DNA from: Felis catus
Lineage: Eukaryota
Length of the DNA stretch: 64,000 nt
Direction of reading: 5' to 3'
Assembly (NCBI RefSeq): GCF_018350175.1
Contig: NC_058368.1
Location: 224,752,001-224,816,000, forward strand
Shown here: piece after piece, positions 22,899-35,873 of the stretch
How positions within the stretch are numbered: the first letter of the stretch is position 1
Layout: every line of letters starts with the position of its first letter
Program-made: the position numbers and the translations under genes
The notes under the pieces: model-generated
What the model was told of the DNA's origin: nothing
The model's database searches: none
Seen by the model: the letters and a program-made list of their open reading frames with translations, nothing else

Positions 22899-24476
22899 TA
22901 CTTTTGCACTTTTTGAAGACCTCCCAAAATACTAGATTTGGAATTTAGACTGAAAGTTTCTGTTACTGGAACTGACTACTATTCATTGGAAATTTTTCAA
23001 GTAAAGATACTAATACTCAGCTGGCTTGAAATTTAATGTATTATTAAGTGGAAATTTCAGGTCACAGAAATATATGTATTTGTACGTGTATGTGTGCATG
23101 TGTGTGTGCAGAGAGAGGCTTAGCACATGTACGTTGTAAAAATGTGTCTCTAAGAGGTATTATGTACATCTCTATATATGTGTGTATTTGTGTTAATACA
23201 TCTACCTATTTAGGAGTGCGGAGAAAAATGTCTGAAAAAATGCACTGTGAATCACTAATAGTGTTTACCTGAAGAGGTAGGGCATAAGGAAGGAACTCAG
23301 AGCTTACTATATATCATTTACTACCTATGGTCTTTTGATATTTTTACAATGAGCCTGAATTACACATACAATTTAAAACAGGTGTTTAAAAAATAAAGGC
23401 AAGAAGGTAGCCAAAATACAGACCAAGATGGTAACAATGACTCACTCAGGAAGGTATCATTATAGTATTTTTCATGTTCCATGTGCTTTTCTGTATTTTT
23501 CCTTTTTATTATAACCAATGTGTACTGTGAAAAGAAGAAAATAAATGGGTTTGTCTTTATTCTTAAAAATGTGCCCATGAGAAAGGATTAGTACATCAGA
23601 AATCCTAGGAAAGCTAAGCAGTTTCGTGGAAATAATCAGCACAAGCTGATGGAAGATGGAAAGCTAAGTTCTAGGTGATTCGAATAAACGGCCAGAACCT
23701 ATTTTCAAAACCCAAAATACTTTCTCTGAAATTCCAAATGGCAAAAATGTCATCTCAGATTCTTATCAGGATTTAATTTTAATAAAACACACCGACCATG
23801 AGTCACTGTTTGTTCCCAGCATTGACTCTTTGAGGAAGGTTGTAGAATCATGATATCAAAAATGCCCCAACAAAATTCACATGTGCTGCTCATATATTTT
23901 GAGCAGGGTTGCTCACGTTTCCCAATCCATGATTTAATTCTTATAATTCATAGGACATTTATTGCTATTTACCCCCTTCTAAAATGACAAGCCAAGTACA
24001 AAAATAAAGGTTCTACTTTTCATTAGAGTGGTGCCTTTAAAATTTCTATATTCAAATGAACGTGAGCACACACGCGTGAACATACAAACACACATTCAGT
24101 AGTTTTGTTAATTAGGGTCAATCGAGACTGTCCTTTGGCAGTAATAATACAAACTGACATGATACCTCTATTTTTGCACATGTTATCAATGCTTTGAAAC
24201 CCTTAGTTGTCTCGTTGTTTCGGTGATATATCTTTAAACTACATGTTTCTTTTGAACTTTATGAATAGTAGTATCGCTCTTTAATGTTCCAGTTTCATGG
24301 TGAAGGATTGTGAAGGAATTGTTTCTGAGTCATTCTGTATCCTGCCCTTGGCATCCCAGGCAACCACCCCGTCTCAACTAGGCGCCCTTGGCATTGGTTT
24401 GTGTGCATACAGTTAAAAATTAGGCACGATGGAGGCAAAGAACAGCATGAAAAGCAAGATAAAAGTACGAATCTCT

Positions 24477-24675
24477 GGGGCGCCTGGTGGCTCCGTTGGT
24501 GAAGTGACCGACTGACTCTTGATTTTGGCTCAGGTCACGATCTCACAGTTGATGAGTTCCAGCCACCCGTGGGGCTCTGTGCTAATGGTATGGAGCCTGC
24601 TTGAGAGTCTCTCTCTGCCTCTCTCTCTCCCGCTCCCTTCTCTCTCTCAAAATAAATAAATAAACTTAAAAAGAA
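24477..24675 (+). mobile_element. SINEC
   Basis: ggggcgcctggtggctcc...ctcttgattttggctcaggtcacgatc; partial TSD aatctc. Confidence 0.93.
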
Positions 24676-24699
24676 AATATAAATCTCGTTTGTTTAAAA

Positions 24700-25050
24700 A
24701 CCTAGGGACATCAGGGCCGGTGCTGCTGTGGTAGCTCTTCTCCAGAAAGTCTTCAAGGATTCTGGCTCCTTCCAGCTTATCGTATGATCATCCTCCACAT
24801 TTTCTGCTGGGTTAATTTAGCAGCGTCGACAGTCCAAACACCCAAAGGAGAGGGAAGAATGACAATGTGGGGCAAACGGTTTCCTCGTTGCCATATGCCA
24901 TTTCCTCCGACGTCCCACCAGCCATGAATTCAGTCACATGGTCACTTCCAGATGCAAGGAAGACTGAGAAATGTAATTTGTGTTTTTGTTGTCTATCTGC
25001 TGAACTCATCATTCAGTTAAAATGAAACAAAGGGAGAATCAGTCTTAGGG
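24700..25050 (-). mobile_element. MaLR LTR (MLT1J/K-like)
   Basis: cagtcacatggtcacttccagatgcaaggaagactgagaaatgta motif. Confidence 0.7.
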
Positions 25051-26550
25051 GAAATTATCACCCTGCCTGCCTGCCTCATTGACCCACTTCTACTTCCAAG
25101 ACTTAAAACATCAGGCATTCTACTTGTTTTCTGATTTCAGCCTGTTTGTCTCACTGTGGAAAGTATTTATTTATTTCAGTTCATTGTGGTCTGACATGGA
25201 TACTTGCCTGTATACCAGGACCTTCTAGTTTTTTTTGTTTTGTTTTGTTTTGTTTTCAATTAGTACTACTCAGATTCTCGAATCCCACCTCAAGCCTCTT
25301 AAATCAAAACTTCTCAGGATGGGACCTCATTTTGCATTTTTAAATGGCAACCAAAGTGATTCTTAGGGGGTCTTCCTGGCAATTGCACATAAAATACACA
25401 CAGGTCTAGACTCCAGGTAGGTAGGCTGGACTTGAAAAAAAAATTACTATAAATACATCATAATGCTAAAGACAATAAAATCTCGCATTACGACCTTGGT
25501 ATCTGTAAATCAAGTCTACTTTGGGTCAATGCATTCTTCCTACTTCTCTTGTTTTGTTTACTTCCACGGGCTTCTCATTCTTCCACTTTCAACTAAATCA
25601 AAACTTGGACCAAGGAATTGTCTTGTGTCCATGTGAATGAATTCTCCAAAGACGTTTACTCTATGACTGCTCCCTAATGAGCTAGTGACCCAGTGCTGGT
25701 CTTTTTTCTGGATTTTCACAGCCGCTGGACAGAACATGGAGAATACTGACATGTCCTAGGACCCCTAAAAGCTTATCAGAAATGATACCTATAATCACAT
25801 CAATATGGAGGACATTTAGAAGACCCCTTCTTCTGAGTTCGATATATCACGGATGTAGATGTTTGTCTGACAGCCCCCAACACAAAAAAAAATGTCATTA
25901 GGTGAAAGCCCACTGTTTATTGTGCAAGACAGATCCCTTGGGAGTGGACCTAATTTATCTCTTTGCAAAATTCAGGCAAAAGGGGATGGTTTCTGGAAAC
26001 TGGAATAGATTTTCACTCCACTATTCAGCATGAATAATTTAACCTAAAGATAAATAAATGTACATGAAAAGATGATACTCTCTGGTATGCTTCTACCTGG
26101 AGTCTAAATAAATAATTTAGTATGTTTTTATGTGGTGTTTTATATAAAACTGGTTCCACCTTGCTCTTCTCAGGTCCAAGTGAGAAACACTTCTAGTTTA
26201 TGCAAAATTGGCATTAAATTTTACCAACCTACTTCTCCTACTGAGCTATACCAACTCCCTGTCTGAGGAAGCAGTAGGAACAAAGAAAAAGGTTGAAGAT
26301 ACATGTTTTAAATAGGTCAAGAAAGATATTTTCTTCATTCGGTGCATACTCCATGCTGGGGCTACTCAAAACACTCTATGGTTCTGTTGTTATTTCATGA
26401 TTTTCAGAAAAAAGCAGCAGGGAATCATCTTCAGACTATTTCTGTTGATTTGACTTCTTAAAATGGTTTTCTTCAGTGAATTGCTTCAGGGCCCAGATAC
26501 TCAGCTAAGCAACAAACTATTAAAAATAAATAATCTTGAAATAATGATTT

Positions 26551-26763
26551 AAAAAAAATTTTGTTCATGTTTCTTTATTTCTGAGACAGAGACAGAGCAT
26601 GGGGGGTGGAACGCACAGAGAGAGAGGGAGACACAGAATCCGAAGCAGCCTCCAGGCTCTGAGCTGTCAGCACAGACCGACGCGGGGCTCGAACTCACAG
26701 AGTGTGAGATCATGACCTGAGCCGAAGTCAGAGGCTCAACCAACTGAGCCACCCAGGCGCCCC
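26551..26763 (-). mobile_element. SINEC
   Basis: Antisense SINE; TSD atgattt. Confidence 0.95.
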
Positions 26764-27236
26764 ATGATTTTTAATAACAGTAACAAACAAGAGCTCACTT
26801 TGACTTCCACCCCTCATTGATATTCTATCTTCTACCCAATACATATGTTTTTCCTTCTGTATCTAATTTTCCCATGTCCCACCTTCAGATTTTCCTTCTC
26901 CCATATCATGTCTCTCTCTGATTTTGAAAACAAAACAGAACAAAACACTATTAAAAAACAAAGAAGGTTTAATAACGTAGCTAGAGGTTGTAGGTCAGGC
27001 ATAAAACTTGAATATTTACCGAACAGATTCTGTAACACAAAAAGACTCTGTGATTCTTTGGAAAAAAGTGTAAGATTTGAGAACCCATACATTTGGGAAA
27101 CACAGTACACTATATTCTATTATTGGGAACCATCAGTGGGCAATGGACATTGGCTGATGAGAGGAGAGGTGATATATTTTCTGGTAGTTCAGAATCCAGA
27201 CTTCCACTTTGTTCTGCTTGGCCTATACGACTTCTT

Positions 27237-27467
27237 TTTTCCCTATTTTTTTTTAAATTTATTTATTTACTTTGAGAGAGAGAGAGAGAGGGAACAGGAG
27301 AGGGGCAGAGAGAGAGGCAGAGAGAGAATCTCAAGCCGGTTCCACGCTATCAGAATGGAGCCAGATGCAGGGCTTGAACTCATGAACCATGAGATCATGA
27401 CCTGAGCTAAAACCAAGAGTCAGATGCTTCACCAGATGAGCCACCCAGGCGCCGCCCCCCCCCCCCC
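27237..27467 (-). mobile_element. SINEC with an extended C-run at its 5' end
   Basis: TSD ac(g/a)acttcttt; ccaggcgccgcccccccccccc. Confidence 0.92.
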
Positions 27468-27547
27468 ACAACTTCTTTAGAAGTTACTATTCACAGAAAC
27501 TCAGGCAAACTGTTTAACCTTTCAAAGTCTAAATATTTTTAGTTCCT

Positions 27548-27765
27548 GGGGCACCTGGGTGGCTCAGTCGGTTAAGCGTCTGACTTCGGCCCAGGTCATG
27601 ATCTCATGGTTCATAAGTTCAAGCCCCGCATCAGGTTCTATGCTGACAGCTCAGAGCCTGGAGCCCGTTTCGGATTCTGTGTCTCCTTCTCTCTCTGGCC
27701 CTCCCCTGTTTATGCTCTGTCTCTCTCTGTCTCAAAAATAAATAAACGTTAAAAAATAATAAAAA
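27548..27765 (+). mobile_element. SINEC inserted in a MIR remnant
   Basis: 16-bp TSD aaatatttttagttcc at 27531-27546 and 27766-27781; flanks show MIR motifs (ggcaaactgtttaacct, aatagtacctacttcata). Confidence 0.95.
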
Positions 27766-29619
27766 AAATATTTTTAGTTCCAAAATGACAATAATAACAA
27801 TAGTACCTACTTCATAAAACTGTTATGATATTCATTTACAGATTTCATCATAGTGACCTGACTCTTGTTTCCCTAGTATGGTGGTTATTATGTTCACCCC
27901 ATGCCGTGACCTGACCCAGAGCAAGCACTCAATAATGTTAGCTATTATTTATTATATTAAAAGCCCTGAGAAGTCTCACAGTTAAAAAAAAAAAAAAAAA
28001 AGGGCTTTCTCTAACCTAATATTTTCTAAGTTTACGGGGAATAACAATCCCCCCTTTTTTATACCACCTCTAGGAGCAACTCTGAAATGAAATAGATTAA
28101 TTGAACCCTAGACATTTTGAAGTTATTTAATATAATCTGTCCAAATATTTCCCCTAAATAAAATAATTTCAATCCCCTTCCTCTTAAAAGTTTCAAAAGA
28201 TTTGTATGTTTCTCCTCTAAATACCATGTATTAGAATTCTGTTGTCAGAGGAAAAAAAGTCCCATTTATATCTTTTAATCTATATTTGGCATTTGAGCAT
28301 CCACACTATCTAGACAGCAGCATATGCAAACTTGATTGAATCCCACATATTTTTTTTTCTCTTTCCTTTTTTAAACCAAATGTCACATAGTTGAGCTAGA
28401 AGTTTTTACTAAGGCAGCCTGCATCCTCAGAAATACATATTTTCTTATCTGAGAAACAAATTTAGTCCTCCATTAATCCTTGTATACTTCTTAAAAGTTA
28501 ACTCACAACATCTAAAAATTATTTCCCCTTACTACAAAACCAGAACATGCAAATTCATGACAGCAACAGAATTAGAAATGTGTTTAAGCTACAGAAACCA
28601 AGCAGGAGAGATACTGTGTCTGTTCTAATACATACAAATACACCTGATTCTGTTTAACACACTTGCAGAACATAAATCATGTTTTCTCAGAAATGTTAAC
28701 TAAGGAAGAAAATATCTCTGTAGCCACATAGGCAAAAATTGGCAGAATGATAGAATGTTATTTGAAATATTTTATCTCACTCCAAAAAATTAGTATTGAA
28801 GTTGTTATATATTTTTCAATCTTCATTACGCAAAGAGGTATGTAGGAAGAGACACATGTATGAATATAGTCTTCTATCAGTTGCCTTCCTAGGAAATTGC
28901 TTATTTTAGAAAAGGGGGAGTTTCTGAGCACTTATCCATTCAATAAGCATAATTCTATGACATGATTTCAAAACCAAGTTTTATTTCATAATTTTAAAAT
29001 CTCCCCTAAACTTGGTAATTAATGCTAACAATGTTTAATGTTAGGTTTAATGTTTATTGTTAATGTCACATTTTTTATAGGAAGAGTGTAAATGCTATAA
29101 ATCAGTAAATGCATTTGTGAGGTCATAATTAATATATTTGTCATATTTATAAAGAATGCTATAGAGTGATGATGGCAGGAAACTAAATGCCACATTTTAA
29201 AATTCAAGAATATTAAACAGTTCCTATAGGAACCCTCTAAAGGATACAAACACTTAAAAATGGTCAAGTTAGATAGAAACGTTAATTTGATGGAGTTACA
29301 GGCAAAACGATTTTCAGCATCTTTGCTAGAGCTTTCTTATTAAGCACACATATAATGGATGTTTTACCACTGTGGTTCTATATGCCAATTATTCATGTAT
29401 CCATTTCAACCATAAAAATATTTTAAAGACTATACATTCTAACTCAGTTTTGATTTGCTAATAAGAATGTGTTTCTTATGTGTTTCTACCACTAGACATG
29501 GTAAAACCAACCTGCTATTCCTCGAAAGGAAAGACCACAGCCTGGCAAGTGCTGGCCCTGATCTCATTCTGCTGTTTTTTCCTTAAAAAATCGATTCCTT
29601 CCCAGTCCACACTTTCTCC

Positions 29620-29850
29620 TGCAAGCCAAAATCTGTGAAACAGGCAAGACCCTAGCAAATGGAGAGAACAACAAGCCAGAAGGAATCTGAATTTCTGAAT
29701 TTCTGAATGTGGAAATATAGCTACCTACCCACCCTGGACTACATATTAGCTTTGAGCAGTTCTACCTTTTTGAGATGTTATATATTGTGGGGTTTTTTTA
29801 GTTTTATTTTTTATTTTTACTGCAGCCTAGTCTCTACCCTGAATAATACA
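29620..29850 (+). mobile_element. MaLR LTR 3' fragment (MLT1J-like)
   Basis: caacaagccagaaggaatctg...ccaccctggact...ttactgcagcctag...aataca. Confidence 0.55.
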
Positions 29851-30052
29851 AACCACACATAAAATTGAAAATATCAGGAAGTTTGGCAAACACAGAGTAT
29901 GGGATCTTAAAAGACTTAAAATACAGCTATTTCTTTGCAAGCAAGTAATAAACCATATTATCTAGACCTATTAAAAATTGAGCGTACATTTCAAGTTGTC
30001 TTATCAATGTTAAGAGTTCTTCACATGTAAGAGTTCTCAGGTTGAATATACC

Positions 30053-30265
30053 TTTTTTGTTTAACATTTTTTAATATTTATTTTTGAGAGAGAGACTAAG
30101 TGTGAGCAGGGGAGGGGCGGAGAGAGAGGGAGACACAGAATCCCAAGCAGCCTCCAGGCTCCTAGCTGTCTGCACAGAGCCTGACGCGGGGCTGGAACTC
30201 ACAAACTGAGATCATGACCTGACCCGAGGTCGGACACTCAACCGACTGAGCCACCCAGGCGCCCC
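30053..30265 (-). mobile_element. SINEC
   Basis: TSD tcagg(t/a)tgaatata. Confidence 0.96.
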
Positions 30266-32239
30266 TCAGGATGAATATATCTAAGTTTGGCAGGAATATT
30301 ACTGAGAAAACCTGGCAAAAATGAAAATTTTATTCTCATGGAGACAACCATAATGGATTTCACTGTTGTAAAATTCAAGGCAGATTCCCCTGTGAGCACA
30401 AGGGGAACGCTGCATAATACGGATGTAAGTGACTAAGTGAAATTCATTATTTCCTCCCTGAGCTACAGTCACAAGATATAAAGGGAGAAAAGGTCAAGTT
30501 TTCATAATGAGGATAGTCATAGCAAACTTTTTAGTTAAAATTTCGAATAGTTTGCAAGTCCCTAAACTAGTTTTATATTAATATGACTGGCAAAATACGT
30601 ACCATAAAAAGTGTAATAATCCATTCATCACTCTTTTGTTTTATTACTTCTAACATATATTTTGGGAAACTGCAAACACATATTGCCTATAAGTTGTTAC
30701 GCACTTTTTCAAAAGCTGTTTATCTGCCGAAATTTTAACATAGTGAAATTAGAAAGGCATGAAAACCATTCCACATGTGTTCCTAGACGTCTAACAGGTT
30801 CTAACTAATCCCCTCAGTTAAACCATCAGTTACGGTTTGTAAAATACATAGTGGTGAATCAATTTTTTCCCAATGTATCATTTAGATGTGCATAGATGCA
30901 TTAACAGTGTCATAAGACATGCATAACTAACAAGTCCATAGACTGCTTTGCGATCTTATAATTTGCATAAAGGATAAACAGAATGTGTGAAGAGAAGGGA
31001 CACAATAAATGTCAGCTCTTGAGGACTGAGGTTACCTAAAGTACAGCCAATAAAAAAAAAATGCTTTGTGTCGTATCGAAGTTTCAACATTTTCCACCTG
31101 GGTTGTTTTTTATACTGCAAGCCATTACAGAAGCAAAACAAAGATATTAAGGAATGCATTCTCATAAAACTGAAGCTAGGTAAGGTATGATACATAACGT
31201 GTGTTTTTTGTTATTACTATGAACAGCATATAGGACAAGGGATATATGTAAAATAAGATTTTGTTTAAATGGTAACATCCTTGATCTGTCGCAGCCAGAA
31301 GGATCACACAAGATGTCATCTGCACCATGTTTCTTCACAGAGAAACCTCTGGTTTCAGCTTCCACAGAGGTCATTGTCTTGTCCTTGCTACCCAATAATT
31401 AGCACAACAAAACCGCCTGACTCAACAGCTCCACAGGCCCCTAAAATGTGTCTGGGGACAGACAGAAATCTACCAATTGAATAAATAAGAGGTTTTAGGT
31501 CTTTAGGAGTAGACTATTGAGGAACACTTTGGAGAATTTCCTTAGAAATTCTTCTTTGAAGACTCACTATTTATAGTAGATATTGAACAACTGCTAAAAA
31601 GATCTGAAAATTGCTGTAAGAGCCTTAATAAGAGCGCCTGTATTCTCTTCTCAAGGGGAGATGTTAGATGTTGAAGAAAAAAAAAAAAACTTTTATCTAG
31701 ACTGAGAGCCAGAGCTGGTTGCTTTTAGGGTCTGTCCACTCTGATAACCAAAAGGAACATGGTTCAAATGAAAACGAGCCCAGAAAGCAAAATCCAGTTT
31801 CTAGGCAATGGGACAAAATCACTGAGCTCTTAGCTCAGAAGGATTGAGAGGAAAAAGAGCTTAAAGGTACCCCCTGATGTGTGGACACATAAAAGTAGGC
31901 AGGGTTTTATCAGGCATCCAAGAAGTCCTTGCTGGGTTAGAGATTTAATGGTACATGGTCAGTTCAGACAAGAAAGACGTACAACAGTACAGGTTTCATG
32001 GGACGAGTGGGTAGCACAAAAAAGATGAGCAGAACTTGAGTTAACAAAATATAAAAATTAAAGAAAAAGGAAGAGAAATCAAATCACATCCAAACTGATT
32101 TTGTGGTCTGAAATTTCTTTGCCGGTGAAACCTTAAAACCGGTGGGTGAGGAAAATAGAACACCATGGATGGTTCAACACACTGAATTAAAGAAGCCAGA
32201 GTCTAGCGGAGGCCAGCCAGGTAGGAAGTATCTTCTACG

Positions 32240-32415
32240 CAGTGGTTCTTAAAGTGCGGTTCCCAGCATCATTAGCATCACAGAGAACGTGTTAGAAATG
32301 TAAATCCAAGCCCAATTCCACACCTACTAAATTGGAAACTGGGGTACAAACAGTAATCAGTATTTAATAAACCTCACAGGCGATTCTGAGGCACACAGAA
32401 GTTTAAGGGCCACTG
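32240..32415. mobile_element. MER5A-like hAT-Charlie MITE
   Basis: TIRs cagtggttcttaaagt ... agtttaagggccactg; internal gttagaaatg, cctactaaattggaaact. Confidence 0.85.
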
Positions 32416-33237
32416 CTTTTAGAGAAAACCGTCCTGCTCTTTCTGGGTTGGTGACAAGTTAAAATGCACAAATGATTTCTTTACAGTGCTCTGTCTAAAG
32501 GTTTTTCATTCTCATTAAAAGGCAACGCCCATCTAATAAAATAACATTTTTTTCAGCTTGAAATGAAACGGACGTAATAAGGTTTCTGATAACTTCCTAG
32601 AAACACCAGAAATCTTTAATGAACCTAAGGACTCCCATTATGGGATTATTGACACTTTGGCCTCAAGGGGGATGACTTGGAGAGGAAATGGCAAATTTAG
32701 GACTTACCGCAAGCTGCACACCTCCACTGACTAAAGCTAACCTCACGCTGCCCCTGCTGCAGATCCAACATGCCCGTCACAGAGATTAAAGATGAGTCCC
32801 CAATCTGATGGTGTCATACCTCAGGGAGAACAACCAGCCAAGTGGTGGCCTCTTGGCAGCTGAAGGGCCAGAACTCGATAACGATAAGGTGCATTCTTCA
32901 GGATAGAGTATAAGGCACTCAATCAGAGAGCTCTGTATGGTATTGCCTCCCCACCAGAAGAATTTATGAGTCCACAGACCAGTGGATAGAAGTCGAAGTG
33001 GCCACACTCAACGTCTGTATAAGTGACCCATTGAGGTAATTTGTGCTTCCTCCTACTCATGTACCTCTTGGATTCTATTACTGAAAAGGGCTGAAGAACA
33101 CAGAAAAATTCCCATTTATTAAAAGTTATGGCTGCCACCTGGGTACTTTAGGCTCCTTACAGCCAGAGACCAGCAGGCAAGAAAGGAGTCTCCATCTTTC
33201 CAGGACCAACTGACCTTGAGCATCAGGACATACAAAG

Positions 33238-33613
33238 TGTTATGCCCAGAATTTGTGATCCCCAAAGACCACTAGGGAGCCGAGTCCGATGCAAAAGCAA
33301 AAGAGCCTTTATTCGAGCTAGCTGGAGCTCAATCCCCTACCTGCACCGACGCAGCGGTGAGATACCAGGGAGAGCGAGCGAGTTTCAAAAGCACAAAGGT
33401 TTTATAGGGGTCTAGGGGCAGTTGATGAGGTAATGGCTGTGGCCTCAGCTGATTGGCTGGGGAAGGGTTGGAATCCTGTTACGCAGGTCGCTGGGCGTGT
33501 TTTGATCAGGAAGTTTGAACGGGTGAGCGGGAGGTTACTCAAGGGGAGGAGGTGTGGTCTAGGTGAAGGACACAGAACAAGATGGAGTCCACCGGCATTG
33601 GCCCGCCCTTTCA
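33238..33613 (-). mobile_element. Intact young solo LTR, gammaretrovirus-like (ERV1)
   Basis: 376 bp, TGAAAG...AACA termini on minus strand, perfect 4-bp TSD aaag (33234-33237, 33614-33617), about 15 CpGs retained. Confidence 0.92.
33308..33456 (-). promoter_or_regulatory. LTR promoter/polyadenylation elements: CCAAT (33452-33456), TATAAAA (33400-33406), AATAAA (33308-33313)
   Basis: Motifs in canonical U3-R order and spacing on the minus strand. Confidence 0.8.
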
Positions 33614-34904
33614 AAAGGGCATACAAAATAGAGGCAGGAAGGGGAGTAGAACCAGGGACTTGCTTGGACCCACTTTGAACATCCATGTTCAGTTGTGACT
33701 GGGCAGGGACAACAATCAAAATGCCAGAAGGATATAGTGAACAGGGTTGACATTCCTTAGGGATAAAGGTGTAGGTGAGATCATGAGACATTAACATTTT
33801 TTTTCAAGATTGAAAACGTTAGGAAATGTCAAAAGATGTAAGAGGCTTAAGAAACTACAGAGAAGGCATAAATAATAAAGCTGGAAAGAAATCAAGAACA
33901 GTATGTCATATATAATGAAAACATAAACTGATAAATTCCAAGAAGAATCAAAACTTATTCAAGATAAACAGAAAATATGAATGCATCCAAAAACCATTAA
34001 AGAAAAGGAAACATTGATAAAACTGTTCAAAAACCTTGAGATTTAACAACTCAACAGACACGTTCTATGAAACATTCACAGAAATGGCAGCATTTAATTG
34101 ATGTGCACACTATTCTCGGATAAAGAAAAGGAGAAAGATTCTCCATTTCTTTAATTAATTTAATGAGGCATTCAAACCAAAGATGGTCTGAGGAAATTTC
34201 AGCCAATTTCACTTACGAACAAAGATGCTACTCATTAATAAAAAGTGAGCAAATTAAACTCAGCAATGTACTCTTTTAATTGGGTTTTTAAGTGTTTGCT
34301 TAATCGCAAAAGTGTTTACATTAGTAAAACATTAATGTAGTATGCAATATTAATCAATTAAAAGAGAAAAAGCAAATCAAAAATAAGAATCAATACGATT
34401 ATTGATAACACCAAACATACAATTTTAAATTCCTAGAAAAACAGGAATATTAAAAACCTTTAAATTTGATGAAGGGCTTACATCAAAACACACATCAAAA
34501 AGTTATGTAAATCTTGTAAATGAACAAAACAAGGATACCATCATCATCATTATTCTTCATAACTTAATGGGGGTTTGAGGCAGTGCAATAATACAAGACA
34601 AATAGATAAAAATTATAAAGGTTTGAAGCCAAGGAACAAAATCATGACTATCCACCATTGTTACGTTCGTCTGCATAAAAGAATTCAAAAGATTCTGTAA
34701 ACAATTCTGTAAAAAAAAATAAATAAATAAGGAAGTTTGCTTGATATAGATCAAAATACAAAGTTCATATTCCTCTGCACAGCCCAAATCAATTAATGTA
34801 ATTAAAAATATAAAATCAATTGGATTATAAACAAAAACCATAGCTTCCTGAGTTTAGTCTAACAACAACGACAAAATCCTTTAGGCAAAAAGTATAAGAG
34901 TTAT

Positions 34905-35244
34905 CGTCTTTGTTTGGTCAGGCTGCTGGAATAAAACGCCACAGACTAGTTGGCTTATACAAAAAAACAGAAATGTATTTCTCACAGCTCTGAAGGCTGG
35001 AAGTCTGGGATCAGGGTGCTGGCATGGTAGGATGAGGGTAGGTGTGAGCCTTTTCCAGGCTGCACACTTGTCTTTGTATTCCTACTTGGCAGATGGGGCT
35101 GGGGGCTGCATGGGATCTCTTTATAAGAGCACTAATCCCATTCATGCTAATCACCTATTCACGCCCCACCTACTGATGCCATCACCTTTGGTGGGTTAGG
35201 ATTTTAACACATTTTGGGAGGACACAAACACGGACATCATAACA
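34905..35244 (-). mobile_element. MaLR solo LTR (MLT1A-like)
   Basis: acagactagttggcttat...ttctcacagctctgaaggctggaagtc...cactaatcccattcatg...cataaca; 5-bp TSD g(t/g)tat. Confidence 0.85.
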
Positions 35245-35873
35245 GGTATCAAGACAAAACAAAACAAAAAGAAAAACATAAATAAACAAAAACAAAACCT
35301 ACACGAATGTAAAACATTTGTTTAAGAAAGAAAGATTATGAAGATGATAATTCTTGGCAATATGACCAGTAAATGAAAAAAGACATCAGTACTATTAAAT
35401 AGTGACAATGCAAAAGTTATTAAAAATAAAATTATATCTATATCTCCCCGTGTGTTAAAATTCACTCCAGATCATTTAAAGACACATGTGTAAAAAAGAA
35501 ATGAAAAAGGAGGAAGCTGAAAACTTTTAGGAGGTGATATAGAGGAATGTCCTTATGATATAAGGGTTAGAGAAAAAATGATATGTTTGACCACATCAAA
35601 ATGTAAAGTCTTTGACTAATATAAGACATCCCGAACTCATTTAAAAGTGAAGCTATAATTTTAAAAATATTTCAATGCACATAACTGGTAAATGATAGTT
35701 AGCCACGATATATAATAAACCACACAAAGCAATACGAAAAGATAAATGACCCAATAGGAAATTGGATGAAGTATGTGGCTATCTAATTCCAAGCACAGGA
35801 AACCAACAGGGCTGATTAACATAGAGAATATGCTCACTCTCAGTAATAATCAGCAAAATGCAAATTAAAAAAC

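Larger units (their letters stand above)
32690..33790 (+). mobile_element. Decayed ERVL/MaLR internal sequence (integrase N-terminal-like and downstream region), interrupted by a young LTR
   Basis: ccactgactaaagctaacc...caaccagccaagtggtggc and tatggctgccacctgggtactttaggctcctta...gaccagcaggcaagaaaggagt resemble ERVL/MLT internal consensus; similarity continues past 33617. Confidence 0.65.

Noticed and set aside
26845..27405. Longest ORF (186 aa)
   Set aside because: Non-homologous AT-rich sequence running into an antisense SINE; no recognisable domain or exon structure.
30294..30424. Possible plus-strand exon ending at GAT|GTAAGT with an open frame
   Set aside because: Acceptor has no polypyrimidine tract, abuts a SINE, and the peptide is unrecognised.
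33402..33797. 131-aa minus-strand ORF over the LTR
   Set aside because: Crosses the LTR boundary and has no gag/pol/env motifs; chance ORF in GC-richer DNA.
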